Below are positions 38,379-48,188 of a DNA stretch of 59,930 nt, piece by piece. The stretch is taken from positions 1-59,930 of the IMG/VR virus record IMGVR_UViG_3300021962_000115. One strand, 5' to 3'. Source of the stretch: a virus. Its lineage: Duplodnaviria > Caudoviricetes. Below the pieces are notes generated by a model that saw nothing but the letters and a program-made list of their open reading frames with translations, was not told where the DNA came from and made no database searches. The position numbers and the translations under genes are program-made. Every line of letters begins with the position of its first letter. Within the stretch, counting starts at the first letter, position 1.

Positions 38379-41300
38379 ATGAAGAAAAAAGTAAGAATTT
38401 ATAAAGCCGAAGATGGAAAGGGGAAGTTTGTAAATAAGACTTCTAAGTTTCTTGCTAAAGCTCAAGAAGGTGGTATGCCAGATATGTCAAGGCTTACATA
38501 TCCTGGATCACAACCCACATCACAAGAAGATCAAACTTCTCAATTAATACAACTTGTTGTTAGTGATATTACTTCAAATGTTCCAAGAGAAAAGACCCTT
38601 ACAAAGTTATCTAATGTAATGGGTATTCCATTTGATAAAGCTACAGAACTTTATATGGCTATTGCTGAACAAATTACACAGCAGATTGAACAACAGGACA
38701 ACCAGGACTATGAAGAAGAAACAGGAAGTCCAAGAGAGAAAGAAGAAGCTCTTCCTGTTGATGCAGTAATTACACAAGAGCCTGAGCAAGATTATGACTA
38801 TGATCTAAATGATGATACTGGAGCTGAAATTGCAATGGCAGATTCTGGAGAGCCTGATGTACTTGATGAAGCTCTTGACCCACTAGAAGGAATGTACCAG
38901 TACGGTGGTATGACAGGAGATGAATATACCTTTGCATACCCTGAAGTAGATAATGAACAATATAATAATCAGGTGTCACAGATGGCATGGCCAGGATCAG
39001 ATGAATCTTCTGAAGAAAATCCATATGCCTCTGACTATTATGGTGATGCTATACTAGAGAATACTGGTTATGCAAAAGGTGGTTCTTATAAGAAAAGTAA
39101 AGCCAAGTATGTAAGTTCTGTAATGAAGCTTCTCAAAAAGCAAATGGGTGGAGATTCTGAAGATATACCAAACCCTAATAATGGAGATCCCACAGGTACT
39201 AACTTTAGAGAAAATAGATTAAAATCATTTACAAGTAGTGTTAAAAATACAGCGCAACAACAAGCACTTAAAGAACAACTTGAACAACAGTATGATCAAA
39301 TGATGCAAGAGGGTGGTCAATCTGGAGATTTTGAAAATCCAATGCACCACTTAAATTTATATTCTCAAGCAACTAGAGGTATATTCAATAATCCAATGAA
39401 CCAAATGGTTCAAGCCAGAAGAGGTATGAACGTTGATCCAGATCTTCCAGTGCAGAATCAAGATCTATTAAATTTACCAAGAGGATTCTCTAGAAGAACT
39501 GTAAGAAGATTTGGAAATATTCCTAATCTCAGAGAAGTTGATGTAAGAAGATCTGGTTTATTTGGTCCAAAGGAATATACAATGTACTTTGAACCATCCC
39601 CACTCCAACAAATAAGTAACCCTCTCTCGGCAGAGATATATGGTTATGGAGCAAACCAATCAGCTGCAAGAAAACAAACTAGAACTTTTGAGGCTACAAA
39701 AACATATACTAATCTTCTTGAAGACAAAGCAGAAAAAGAAGCAGAGAAAGAAGTAAAAGAACAAGTATCTGAAGAACAAAAAGCAGTAGAAGCTGCAACT
39801 CAACAAGGCAGTACAGCGCAAGGATCAACAGCACAAGGATCTAATAAGAGAACTCCTGTTAGTACTCAAAGTTATGCAGCAGAAATACAAAGAGATAAGT
39901 GGGGCAGGCCTGAAGGTGATAAGTGGTATAACTTTAATCCAGATACAAAACAATTTGAAGGTGAGTCACTACCATTCCAAAGAGTAGAAGGAAGTGATTT
40001 TTTATATGGGCGCACACCAGAAGGACAGTGGGCATATCTAAATCCTGCTGCCGCTGCATATTATCCTGTTAGTGAGGGCAGTCCTAATATGAAAGCTCTA
40101 AAAGCAGGTCAATCTAAATCTGCATCATTTGTTACTTTAGATTCTAAACCAGGATACTACTATAGAGTAAGAAATGATGGTGCATATGTAAAGTTCCAGG
40201 GGGACCCTCTAACACATACTGCAAGTACTAAACCACTTGAAGTTATTACATCAGGAGACAAGAGACATGCTTACATTAAAAAGAATGCTAAAGCTAGTTC
40301 CAATGTATTACCTGCAGTTATGTTTGGGCAGCCTTCTGCTAGTCCTAGTTCTAATAGTTTAGACATCTATAATCAGATGGTAAATAAGATGTATGGACAA
40401 CATCCTGCTCTTAAACAACTCATAACACAGCAGTATGGTGGGAATATAGAAAATCCATTTGCCAATCCAATGGAACCCCTACAAAAGTTTATAGGTGGTG
40501 GTTATGATCCTACAGAAGCTCAGATAGATTATTCAGATTCTATTGATACTTCAGATGCATATTTCCAAAGAGGTGGTAACTTTATAAAGAACTTTGTTCC
40601 CGCTAATCTTACTGATGGTAACAGACAAGCTGTTGTACAAAAGATCTATAATCCTGTAACTGGAGAGACTAGACAACAATTTGTTCCAGGTCCTGGAAAT
40701 CAACTTGCAGCAATTGATGTAAGAAAAACAGGTTTAACAGGTAGACCTAAGAAGTATACTGTTTATTATGGTGCTGCAGGTGATCCAAGATATTCTAACT
40801 TGATTACTATGGATGGAGCTAAAGGTGAATCAGGTAAAAAAGCTTCTGGTAATAAAACTACATCAAGTAAATCTGAAAGACAACAAGCACTAGAAAATGC
40901 TGGATATGGTGATAGAACTGATGTAACTGGTCTTAAAGGTAAATCTAAAAGAGCAATTAGACAGGGAGAAAGACAAAGAGATAGAGATCTTAAAAAACTC
41001 TATAAAGAAGATCCTACTAATGTAGAGTTTGAAAAAACTAATATCAATGCTCCATATGATTACCAGATAGAGCAACCTATGCAGATCAGGAGTGCACAAG
41101 ATGAACTAAACAAACTTATCAAACAAGGTCCAGAACAACTAGTAACACAAAAACAAATTGATGATCTTAGATCTCAAGTTAACATGGACTGGTTTCCGCA
41201 GAAGGACAAAGAGTTGGATGATTATTTTATGGATCTATTTAATAATCATAAGGAATATAGAGATCTTGCCATAGAAAATAATTTTAAGGATCCTGATGGA

Positions 41301-43034
41301 AAGACTACAGATCAAGAAAGAAACATAGAAAGAGCTTCGACACTTATACCTAATTATGATTTAGATTGGGTCTTCTCTAATACAAAATCAGATGATATCA
41401 ATAAACGTTATGATCTTAATGTAGATCCAAATAACCTTCTAGATCCTAGACTCCAAGTTGAAGGTATAGATGCAAACAGAAGAGTAGAAGATTGGTACAG
41501 AAAACCCAAAGAAGTATCTGATGATCCAATGCTTCAAGATAATGGGGATGATGCGGCATGGGGACTACCAACTTCACCAGAAGAAAGAGAAGCGGCTGCT
41601 GCAGCTGCACTACAGGATAATGTTGCATATGAACTTCCTCAGGGAGACTATAATGAAGATTCTGGATGGGGTGAAGTAGGTGCTAGATCTTTCCAAGATT
41701 ATGTACCAGGAATTGGACCAGCTGCGGATGAAACAGATCAATTTCCTTCATTTGAAGAACAATACCTACAAGAAGGTTATCAACCTGCATATTCACAAGA
41801 TATGCTTGATAGAGCATCTGGTTTAAGAATGGCCCAACCTGAGCAACCAATGACTGATATGGGTGCATGGTCAGGTATGGGATCTTCAGCAGATATAGTT
41901 TCTCCTGGTGTAAATCCATTTGAGCTACCTACAATGATTGATCCAGGTGGAATACCTAGGTACTTAAATGACTACTACTCACCATTTGAGCAGCCAACAA
42001 GATCTGCAAGACCTACTGCACCTACTGCACCTACTCTAAACCAACTCAGAGCACAACAGCAATCTAGACCAAACGCAAATAAACAATACACTTATAATGT
42101 AGATACGTCTGGTGCTACTAAAGATTCAGACTATATTGCTGCAATGCAAAGAGCTCGTCAAGATGGTGTAGTTACAAATGCAGAAGCAAATGCTGCACTA
42201 AGAGGTTATAAGCAGAAGATAGCTGAAAAGGAAAAAATTAAAGTTGCATCACAAGCTCAGAGAACTATTGATCAAATTATGAATAGTAGTTCTTCTAAAT
42301 CTGAAAAGATAGCGGCTAGAGATAAAGTTCTTGCTCAACTGCAACAGAGATTTGAGATAATTGATAATAGTGTAGGTAGCCGCAAATATGGTGGTGCACT
42401 GAGTAGATTTGTAGATGGTGGTAATAACCAACCCTTTACAGGTGAAAACCCTGTGGCTTATACAAACAATCCTATGATGCAAGGTAAATCTGATTTAGAT
42501 CTTATCACTCTCAATCAAGGTATACAAGGAGCACAAGGATCAGTGAACTGGGGCAGTATGGCTTCAAATCCTGCAAATGCAACATATACAGGTGCACAAC
42601 CAGAACAATATAAAATTGATCCAAATCAAAGAGAAGAGTATCAAGTTGCTAAAACTTATTCTGAACCAATGGCTGTTGATATTAAAGTTCCTATGTCACA
42701 AGCACAAAGAGAAGCTAGTTTAATTACAGGTAATGCACTTATGAGAGGTGTAACTGGTATCAAGAATAGAAGAACAGATGCTCAACAAATGGAAGGTTTC
42801 TATGATAATTTCAGTGCTGATAATCTTTATGCTTCAGATCCAAGTAGAGACCGTGGAGACTATGCAGAATCAGGACTATATAGACCAGATGAACAAGGTC
42901 AAGTATGGAACAGTAGATCTGCTCAATACGGTGGTTATATAGATGATGACTTTGAAGATGGAGAAGAAGTTTATATGACTGATGAAGAGATCAAAGAGTA
43001 CATGGCAAATGGTGGCCAAATAGAATTTATTTAA
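38379..43034 (+). CDS. large low-complexity internal virion/ejection protein
   Basis: 1551 aa, Cys-free as read, Q/D/E/P-rich, about a dozen xxxGG motifs. Confidence 0.6.
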   Translation: MKKKVRIYKAEDGKGKFVNKTSKFLAKAQEGGMPDMSRLTYPGSQPTSQEDQTSQLIQLVVSDITSNVPREKTLTKLSNVMGIPFDKATELYMAIAEQITQQIEQQDNQDYEEETGSPREKEEALPVDAVITQEPEQDYDYDLNDDTGAEIAMADSGEPDVLDEALDPLEGMYQYGGMTGDEYTFAYPEVDNEQYNNQVSQMAWPGSDESSEENPYASDYYGDAILENTGYAKGGSYKKSKAKYVSSVMKLLKKQMGGDSEDIPNPNNGDPTGTNFRENRLKSFTSSVKNTAQQQALKEQLEQQYDQMMQEGGQSGDFENPMHHLNLYSQATRGIFNNPMNQMVQARRGMNVDPDLPVQNQDLLNLPRGFSRRTVRRFGNIPNLREVDVRRSGLFGPKEYTMYFEPSPLQQISNPLSAEIYGYGANQSAARKQTRTFEATKTYTNLLEDKAEKEAEKEVKEQVSEEQKAVEAATQQGSTAQGSTAQGSNKRTPVSTQSYAAEIQRDKWGRPEGDKWYNFNPDTKQFEGESLPFQRVEGSDFLYGRTPEGQWAYLNPAAAAYYPVSEGSPNMKALKAGQSKSASFVTLDSKPGYYYRVRNDGAYVKFQGDPLTHTASTKPLEVITSGDKRHAYIKKNAKASSNVLPAVMFGQPSASPSSNSLDIYNQMVNKMYGQHPALKQLITQQYGGNIENPFANPMEPLQKFIGGGYDPTEAQIDYSDSIDTSDAYFQRGGNFIKNFVPANLTDGNRQAVVQKIYNPVTGETRQQFVPGPGNQLAAIDVRKTGLTGRPKKYTVYYGAAGDPRYSNLITMDGAKGESGKKASGNKTTSSKSERQQALENAGYGDRTDVTGLKGKSKRAIRQGERQRDRDLKKLYKEDPTNVEFEKTNINAPYDYQIEQPMQIRSAQDELNKLIKQGPEQLVTQKQIDDLRSQVNMDWFPQKDKELDDYFMDLFNNHKEYRDLAIENNFKDPDGKTTDQERNIERASTLIPNYDLDWVFSNTKSDDINKRYDLNVDPNNLLDPRLQVEGIDANRRVEDWYRKPKEVSDDPMLQDNGDDAAWGLPTSPEEREAAAAAALQDNVAYELPQGDYNEDSGWGEVGARSFQDYVPGIGPAADETDQFPSFEEQYLQEGYQPAYSQDMLDRASGLRMAQPEQPMTDMGAWSGMGSSADIVSPGVNPFELPTMIDPGGIPRYLNDYYSPFEQPTRSARPTAPTAPTLNQLRAQQQSRPNANKQYTYNVDTSGATKDSDYIAAMQRARQDGVVTNAEANAALRGYKQKIAEKEKIKVASQAQRTIDQIMNSSSSKSEKIAARDKVLAQLQQRFEIIDNSVGSRKYGGALSRFVDGGNNQPFTGENPVAYTNNPMMQGKSDLDLITLNQGIQGAQGSVNWGSMASNPANATYTGAQPEQYKIDPNQREEYQVAKTYSEPMAVDIKVPMSQAQREASLITGNALMRGVTGIKNRRTDAQQMEGFYDNFSADNLYASDPSRDRGDYAESGLYRPDEQGQVWNSRSAQYGGYIDDDFEDGEEVYMTDEEIKEYMANGGQIEFI

Positions 43035-43043
43035 CTTTATATC

Positions 43044-45215
43044 ATGTTAAGAAAAGTAAGAATTATTAAGTCAGCTCCTAAAGCAAGAACCGGGTACCAA
43101 GTACAAGGTTCTCTTGCTAATGATGTACCTGCATTTGGTGGAGCAGACTATAATGCCTACATAGGAACCCCTAATCCTGAAGTATCTAAAACTATTACTG
43201 CAGTACCTAGAAGTATTGCAAACTTAGAAGCTGAAGGTGGAGAGACTGTAGTAGGTAATCTTGATGGTAGTAAGATGCCTTCATTTAAAACTATTAAGGG
43301 ACCAAGGCATTCTAATGGTGGTGTACCACTTTTATTACCTGAAGATAGTTTTATCTTTAGTGATACTAAATCTATGAAGATTACAGATCCAAAAATGTTA
43401 AGCATGTTTGGACTATCTCCTAAGAAAGGTGGGTATACTCCTGCAGAGATATCTAAAAGATATGATATAAACAACTATAGAAAAATTCTTCAAGATCCTA
43501 ATTCTGATCACATTTCTAGAAAGACAGCAGAGATGATGATTAAGAACTATGTAATGAAACTTGGAGCTCTTGCTATTGCTCAAGAATCTAAGAAAGCATT
43601 TCCACAGGGAATACCTTTAATTGCAAGACCTTATATGGAAGCTATGGGACTTAGAGATGAAGATCTTATACCAGAGCTTGCACAAGAGGAACAGCAAGAA
43701 AGTGCGCAGTATGAGCAACAAGAAACACCACAATATGAGCAAGAAGAGATGATGTCTCAGGAGATGCCAATGGGTGAGTACGGTATGTCATTAGGTGCAG
43801 GTATGTCTCAAAACTACATGGGTCGTAAAAGAAGAATGTATGCTTATGGAGGTGATCTACCTATTGCTGAAGATGGCACACCAAGACCTAAAACAGCTAC
43901 AAAAGTAGATCCAGAAGCTTACAAGAAGAGTACCTGGGAAACCAGAAGTGATGCACAAGGTGAGTACAAGTACAATCAAACAAGAGGTCAAGTAGAAGGT
44001 AGAAAAGAATACGATAGACAACAAGCACCATCTGGAGGTTCTAATCCTAATCTAATTTCTGATCTATGTAGAAATATGAAAACTAAGGGTAGTAGACACT
44101 ATGGTAAAACTGCTGAGGAAGTTCTTGCATATGCTGGATATAAACCGGGTTCATCCCTATATAGTAAACACTTGGTTACTCTTAAAGCTTGTGAACAAAA
44201 AGGTGAAGTGATTGAAGAGCAAGCTATTTATACAGAACAACCACCATCAACAGATTGTCCATGTAAAGATAAAGATGGAAATGTAATACCTGGTAAGTTT
44301 GCAAAGAGAGATGAGAATGGTAAATGTCTTCCTTGTCTAGAAGAATGTGAATGTAAAAAATCTGATGGTTCTACATATACTGTTGGTAAAGATGCTAATG
44401 GTAATTGTGAGAAATGTGAAGAAGAAATTGATACAGAAACAAATACTGTAGTAGATACACCGCAATCAGATCCTGAATGGTGGTTACAAGATACTGTAAA
44501 TGCTGCAGGTGCTTTTGGTGATCTAATGAGTGTTAGAAAACAAATGCCATGGGAAGCAAGAGTTGATCTTGAAGAACCAAGACCTACATTCTTAGATATT
44601 ACATCAGAAGCAAATCAATTAAATGCATTAGCTAATGTTAATGCTCAAGCTTTAGCTAGTACAGCTAGTCCTCAAACTACTGCTGTAAATTTATTAGCAA
44701 ATCAAGGTAAATTAGCGGATCAAGTTGCAGCAATGCAATCTAGATATAACAATCAAAATGTAAATATTGCTAATCAATTTGAAGGAACACAAGTTGGTAT
44801 CAGAAACCAAGAACAACTTATGAACCAACAAATGTCTAATAGACTCTATGATAAGAATGTTATTGCAAATCAGCAATTCCAAAATGCTAAACGTCAGGGA
44901 AGAGCTAACATGGCACAAGCATACAATACTGCAGTAACTAATAAATGGAAAGCAGATGCTGAGAACCAACTTAGAGAAGATGTTAAACTACATCCTGGAG
45001 TAGGTGGTAGAGTAGAGATGCAACCAACTGCTAAGAACCCACAAGCTACTAAGCCAGAAATGACAATGGAAGAATTTTATGAAGCTAATAAGGGAATGCC
45101 TGAAGGAGTACTTAAAGAAATGATGAGAATTAAGTATGGTAAGAAGTATGGTGGACCTACTAGTTTTAGAGATGGAGGCTATATTTATACAGTCTTTCCA
45201 ATTGTAACACTCTAG
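43044..45215 (+). CDS. internal virion/ejection protein
   Basis: EAEGGETV..GPRHSNGGV..IFSD motif seen in phage virion proteins; Q/N/A-rich helical C-terminus. Confidence 0.6.
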   Translation: MLRKVRIIKSAPKARTGYQVQGSLANDVPAFGGADYNAYIGTPNPEVSKTITAVPRSIANLEAEGGETVVGNLDGSKMPSFKTIKGPRHSNGGVPLLLPEDSFIFSDTKSMKITDPKMLSMFGLSPKKGGYTPAEISKRYDINNYRKILQDPNSDHISRKTAEMMIKNYVMKLGALAIAQESKKAFPQGIPLIARPYMEAMGLRDEDLIPELAQEEQQESAQYEQQETPQYEQEEMMSQEMPMGEYGMSLGAGMSQNYMGRKRRMYAYGGDLPIAEDGTPRPKTATKVDPEAYKKSTWETRSDAQGEYKYNQTRGQVEGRKEYDRQQAPSGGSNPNLISDLCRNMKTKGSRHYGKTAEEVLAYAGYKPGSSLYSKHLVTLKACEQKGEVIEEQAIYTEQPPSTDCPCKDKDGNVIPGKFAKRDENGKCLPCLEECECKKSDGSTYTVGKDANGNCEKCEEEIDTETNTVVDTPQSDPEWWLQDTVNAAGAFGDLMSVRKQMPWEARVDLEEPRPTFLDITSEANQLNALANVNAQALASTASPQTTAVNLLANQGKLADQVAAMQSRYNNQNVNIANQFEGTQVGIRNQEQLMNQQMSNRLYDKNVIANQQFQNAKRQGRANMAQAYNTAVTNKWKADAENQLREDVKLHPGVGGRVEMQPTAKNPQATKPEMTMEEFYEANKGMPEGVLKEMMRIKYGKKYGGPTSFRDGGYIYTVFPIVTL

Positions 45216-45218
45216 TCT

Positions 45219-45248
45219 TAAACTTTTTAAGTTTAGTAAACTTAAAAA
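45219..45248. promoter_or_regulatory. overlapping inverted repeats (TAAACT-N5-AGTTTA and a 12-bp-arm palindrome)
   Basis: TTTTTAAGTTTA-G-TAAACTTAAAAA at 45224-45248 is a perfect palindrome; intergenic before 45282. Confidence 0.55.
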
Positions 45249-45281
45249 ATTTTAATATTTTTATAATATAAAGAATTACTT

Positions 45282-48188
45282 ATGGCAACCTACTTACAGG
45301 GAGTTACAGATTACATACCACAGTTTCAACCGTTTCAACCGGATCTGAACTTCTATGATAATGTAATGCAAACAAAGCAGACCCAGTATGATAATAACTG
45401 GAAAGCTTTGAATACTATGTATAGTAAATACTACTATGCTGATCTCACACGTGATAACAATGTTAAAGCAAGGGATTCTTTCATTAAAGATGCTCAGTTT
45501 AACTTAAAGAGAATCTCTCAGTTAGATCTATCTCTTGAACAAAATGTTCAACAAGCAGCTCAAGTATTTAGACCGTTCTATGAAAACCAAGACCTAATGA
45601 AAGATATGGCTTGGACAAAAACTAAGAACACTGAACTTGCAGCAGCAGATAGTTTTAGAAAATCTCTTGATCCTGAAATGAATAAAAAGTACTGGGATAC
45701 AGGAGTACGTGAAATTAATTATCTAACAGAAGAATTTAAGAATGCTACTAATGAAGAAGCATTAGGCTTTAGTAATGTAAGATATACGCCAAATATAGAT
45801 ATCATGGGCAGAGCTCAGGAAATTGCAAAAGAATTTGGTGACATTCAAACTGTTAAGTTTACTGAAGATAAGAGATGGATTGTAAAGACTAAGAATGGAG
45901 AACAACTTGAAGAACCACTTCAAAAGTTATTTGAAGCTAGATTAGGTAATGATCCATCTGTACAATCATACTTTAAAACACAAGCATACGTTCAGAGAAA
46001 GGACTATGCTATGGCAAATGCTGCACAATTCAATGGTGATAAAAATGCTGCTGAAATGAAATACCTTCAAGATAAGTTTAATATCATGAAGATTCAAAAT
46101 CAGAATGCTTACAAACAAATGAAGGAGCAGAATGCTGTATATGATAATAAGATAGCAGATATCCAATCTCAAATAGATAAGGGTAATAAAGATCCACTTC
46201 TACAAAAAGCACTGGATCAATATACTATGAACAAGGATATCAATAATGAAGTACTAACTAGGATTGAAAAAGAGAATGCTTTGATGGAAACAAATCAAGC
46301 AGATCCAAATAATCCTTATGGTGATATCCAATCATTTAGATACAAAGTTGATTCAGGTGTTGCATCTCAACTAATGAGCAAATCTTTGGGTGAAGCAGCT
46401 CACACATATGCATTTAGAAACTATTTTGAAGATCTTGATGCTAATCCATATCAAGTTAACCAAGAGAAGTTCCAACAGAATATGGCTCTTGCTAATCAAA
46501 AATATCAAAATGATAGAAAGCTTGCTGAATATAAAGCTGGCCTAAAAGAAAAACTTGATGATAGAAAGTACAAACTTGATGCTGGTACACACTTCTTAAA
46601 TGAAAAAGGTGAACTAGTTGAGAAGTTTGATCAAAATCACTTCTTTACTGAATCTAATGACTCAGGTACAGCAACTGATAAAACAAATGTAAGATCTACA
46701 GCTGAGTATGTACAAAAGAGATATACAGAAAACTATGCTAGTCCATACTTTCAGACTATGATGAGAGTTCTTACTGAAGCTACTGATAGTGATACAGGAA
46801 AGAAATTAACTCAAAAACAGATCAACTATATTATAAATGGTGATGAGAATAAGTACGCTGATTTAAATAGATGGGCTAATAAGATACAAACAAATGCCAA
46901 TTCATTCCTTACTGATAAAGTTGGTGAAGGTTGGATGAAAGCTATTAACTATAGATTTAAAAACTTTGTGGCTCAGAATCCACAATTAACTACTATTAAA
47001 GATAATCAAGAAGCCCTAGCTACAACAGCAACTAAGTTTGATGACTATTTATTATTCTTAGGTGAGAGTAAGAAGTTTGAGAAAACTCTTACATCTGGTG
47101 TAGAAAAAGAACTTGCAAAACAAGGATTTAAGCATGCTAAGTACTTGTATGATGAAAATGGTAATATAAGAAGTAAAGAAGCATTTTTTAGAGCTCTACC
47201 AAAAGGTGCAAATCTAGATGCTGAAGGAAAAACTTCAGGAACACCCTTATATGTAAGTAGTGGTTCTCCATTAACAATGGGAACATCTGGTGATACATAT
47301 GTTAGTGTACCAAAGAATTACTATGAAAATCTTATAAGTGCTGCAAGATCTATTGTAACAGATCAAAATAAAGTATCTAAAATTACAGGAAGACAATCTA
47401 TACCAGGATTAGAAAAAATATCTGATGGTACAGGTATGTTTGGAAAATCAATGTTTACAACAGTTAATCCAAAAAGTTCTTGGGGTACTTATCACTATGG
47501 ACAAGTATTAAATAACTTAAGATCACAAGACTTAGGTTCTAATAATGTTAAGATTAGTGTAGGTGGTCTGAGTGTTACCGGATTAAAAAATAGTTTATCT
47601 GATGAACAAGGTCTAGCATTTCTACGAGAACTACAAAGAGAAATGGATAAAGGCACCAAAGGGTTTAACTTCAAAATGGGAGTCGCACCTATTGCTCTAA
47701 ATAATGCAAATAAATCAGCGTACATATTCCAGGTTTCACCTGACTTAATCAAAAGTCTTACAGGTAAACTTGATGATGATGGTAATCTTACAGGAGGTAT
47801 ATTTACTCCAACACAGGCATCAGAAGTTATGACAAATGGTGTATCATTTATAATGGACAAAAATATGTTCAATTCTGATATGTATAACAGTATGTTTGCT
47901 GATCCATTAGCTGCTTATGTAGATAGAAATAAAAAGTATAGTTGGTCTGATCCTGTAGATCCAAGATATACAATTAATATTAGTAAATCTGGAATTGGAG
48001 GAGATGGTAGCTATCAAATAGATAATTCAATGCCAGTATTTGATGAAAAAACAAATACATGGACAGTTGCTAGCTTTACTAATATTGTAGATAATGCTAA
48101 ACAAAATTTAAGTGATCTTAGAGATTCAACAATCCAACAAGGTAATCAAGTAAAACTTTATAACAATAACCTCCTTAATGGCTACTGA
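45282..48188 (+). CDS. large virion/ejection protein
   Basis: 968 aa; N-terminal FQPFQPDLNFY..VM..KQ.QYD and helical N-half; first of three giant genes as in crAss-like phages. Confidence 0.55.
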   Translation: MATYLQGVTDYIPQFQPFQPDLNFYDNVMQTKQTQYDNNWKALNTMYSKYYYADLTRDNNVKARDSFIKDAQFNLKRISQLDLSLEQNVQQAAQVFRPFYENQDLMKDMAWTKTKNTELAAADSFRKSLDPEMNKKYWDTGVREINYLTEEFKNATNEEALGFSNVRYTPNIDIMGRAQEIAKEFGDIQTVKFTEDKRWIVKTKNGEQLEEPLQKLFEARLGNDPSVQSYFKTQAYVQRKDYAMANAAQFNGDKNAAEMKYLQDKFNIMKIQNQNAYKQMKEQNAVYDNKIADIQSQIDKGNKDPLLQKALDQYTMNKDINNEVLTRIEKENALMETNQADPNNPYGDIQSFRYKVDSGVASQLMSKSLGEAAHTYAFRNYFEDLDANPYQVNQEKFQQNMALANQKYQNDRKLAEYKAGLKEKLDDRKYKLDAGTHFLNEKGELVEKFDQNHFFTESNDSGTATDKTNVRSTAEYVQKRYTENYASPYFQTMMRVLTEATDSDTGKKLTQKQINYIINGDENKYADLNRWANKIQTNANSFLTDKVGEGWMKAINYRFKNFVAQNPQLTTIKDNQEALATTATKFDDYLLFLGESKKFEKTLTSGVEKELAKQGFKHAKYLYDENGNIRSKEAFFRALPKGANLDAEGKTSGTPLYVSSGSPLTMGTSGDTYVSVPKNYYENLISAARSIVTDQNKVSKITGRQSIPGLEKISDGTGMFGKSMFTTVNPKSSWGTYHYGQVLNNLRSQDLGSNNVKISVGGLSVTGLKNSLSDEQGLAFLRELQREMDKGTKGFNFKMGVAPIALNNANKSAYIFQVSPDLIKSLTGKLDDDGNLTGGIFTPTQASEVMTNGVSFIMDKNMFNSDMYNSMFADPLAAYVDRNKKYSWSDPVDPRYTINISKSGIGGDGSYQIDNSMPVFDEKTNTWTVASFTNIVDNAKQNLSDLRDSTIQQGNQVKLYNNNLLNGY

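Noticed and set aside
39805-42035. Short coding repeats (QGSTA x2-3; PTA x3)
   Set aside because: Ordinary low-complexity linker expansions, not arrays or DGR repeats
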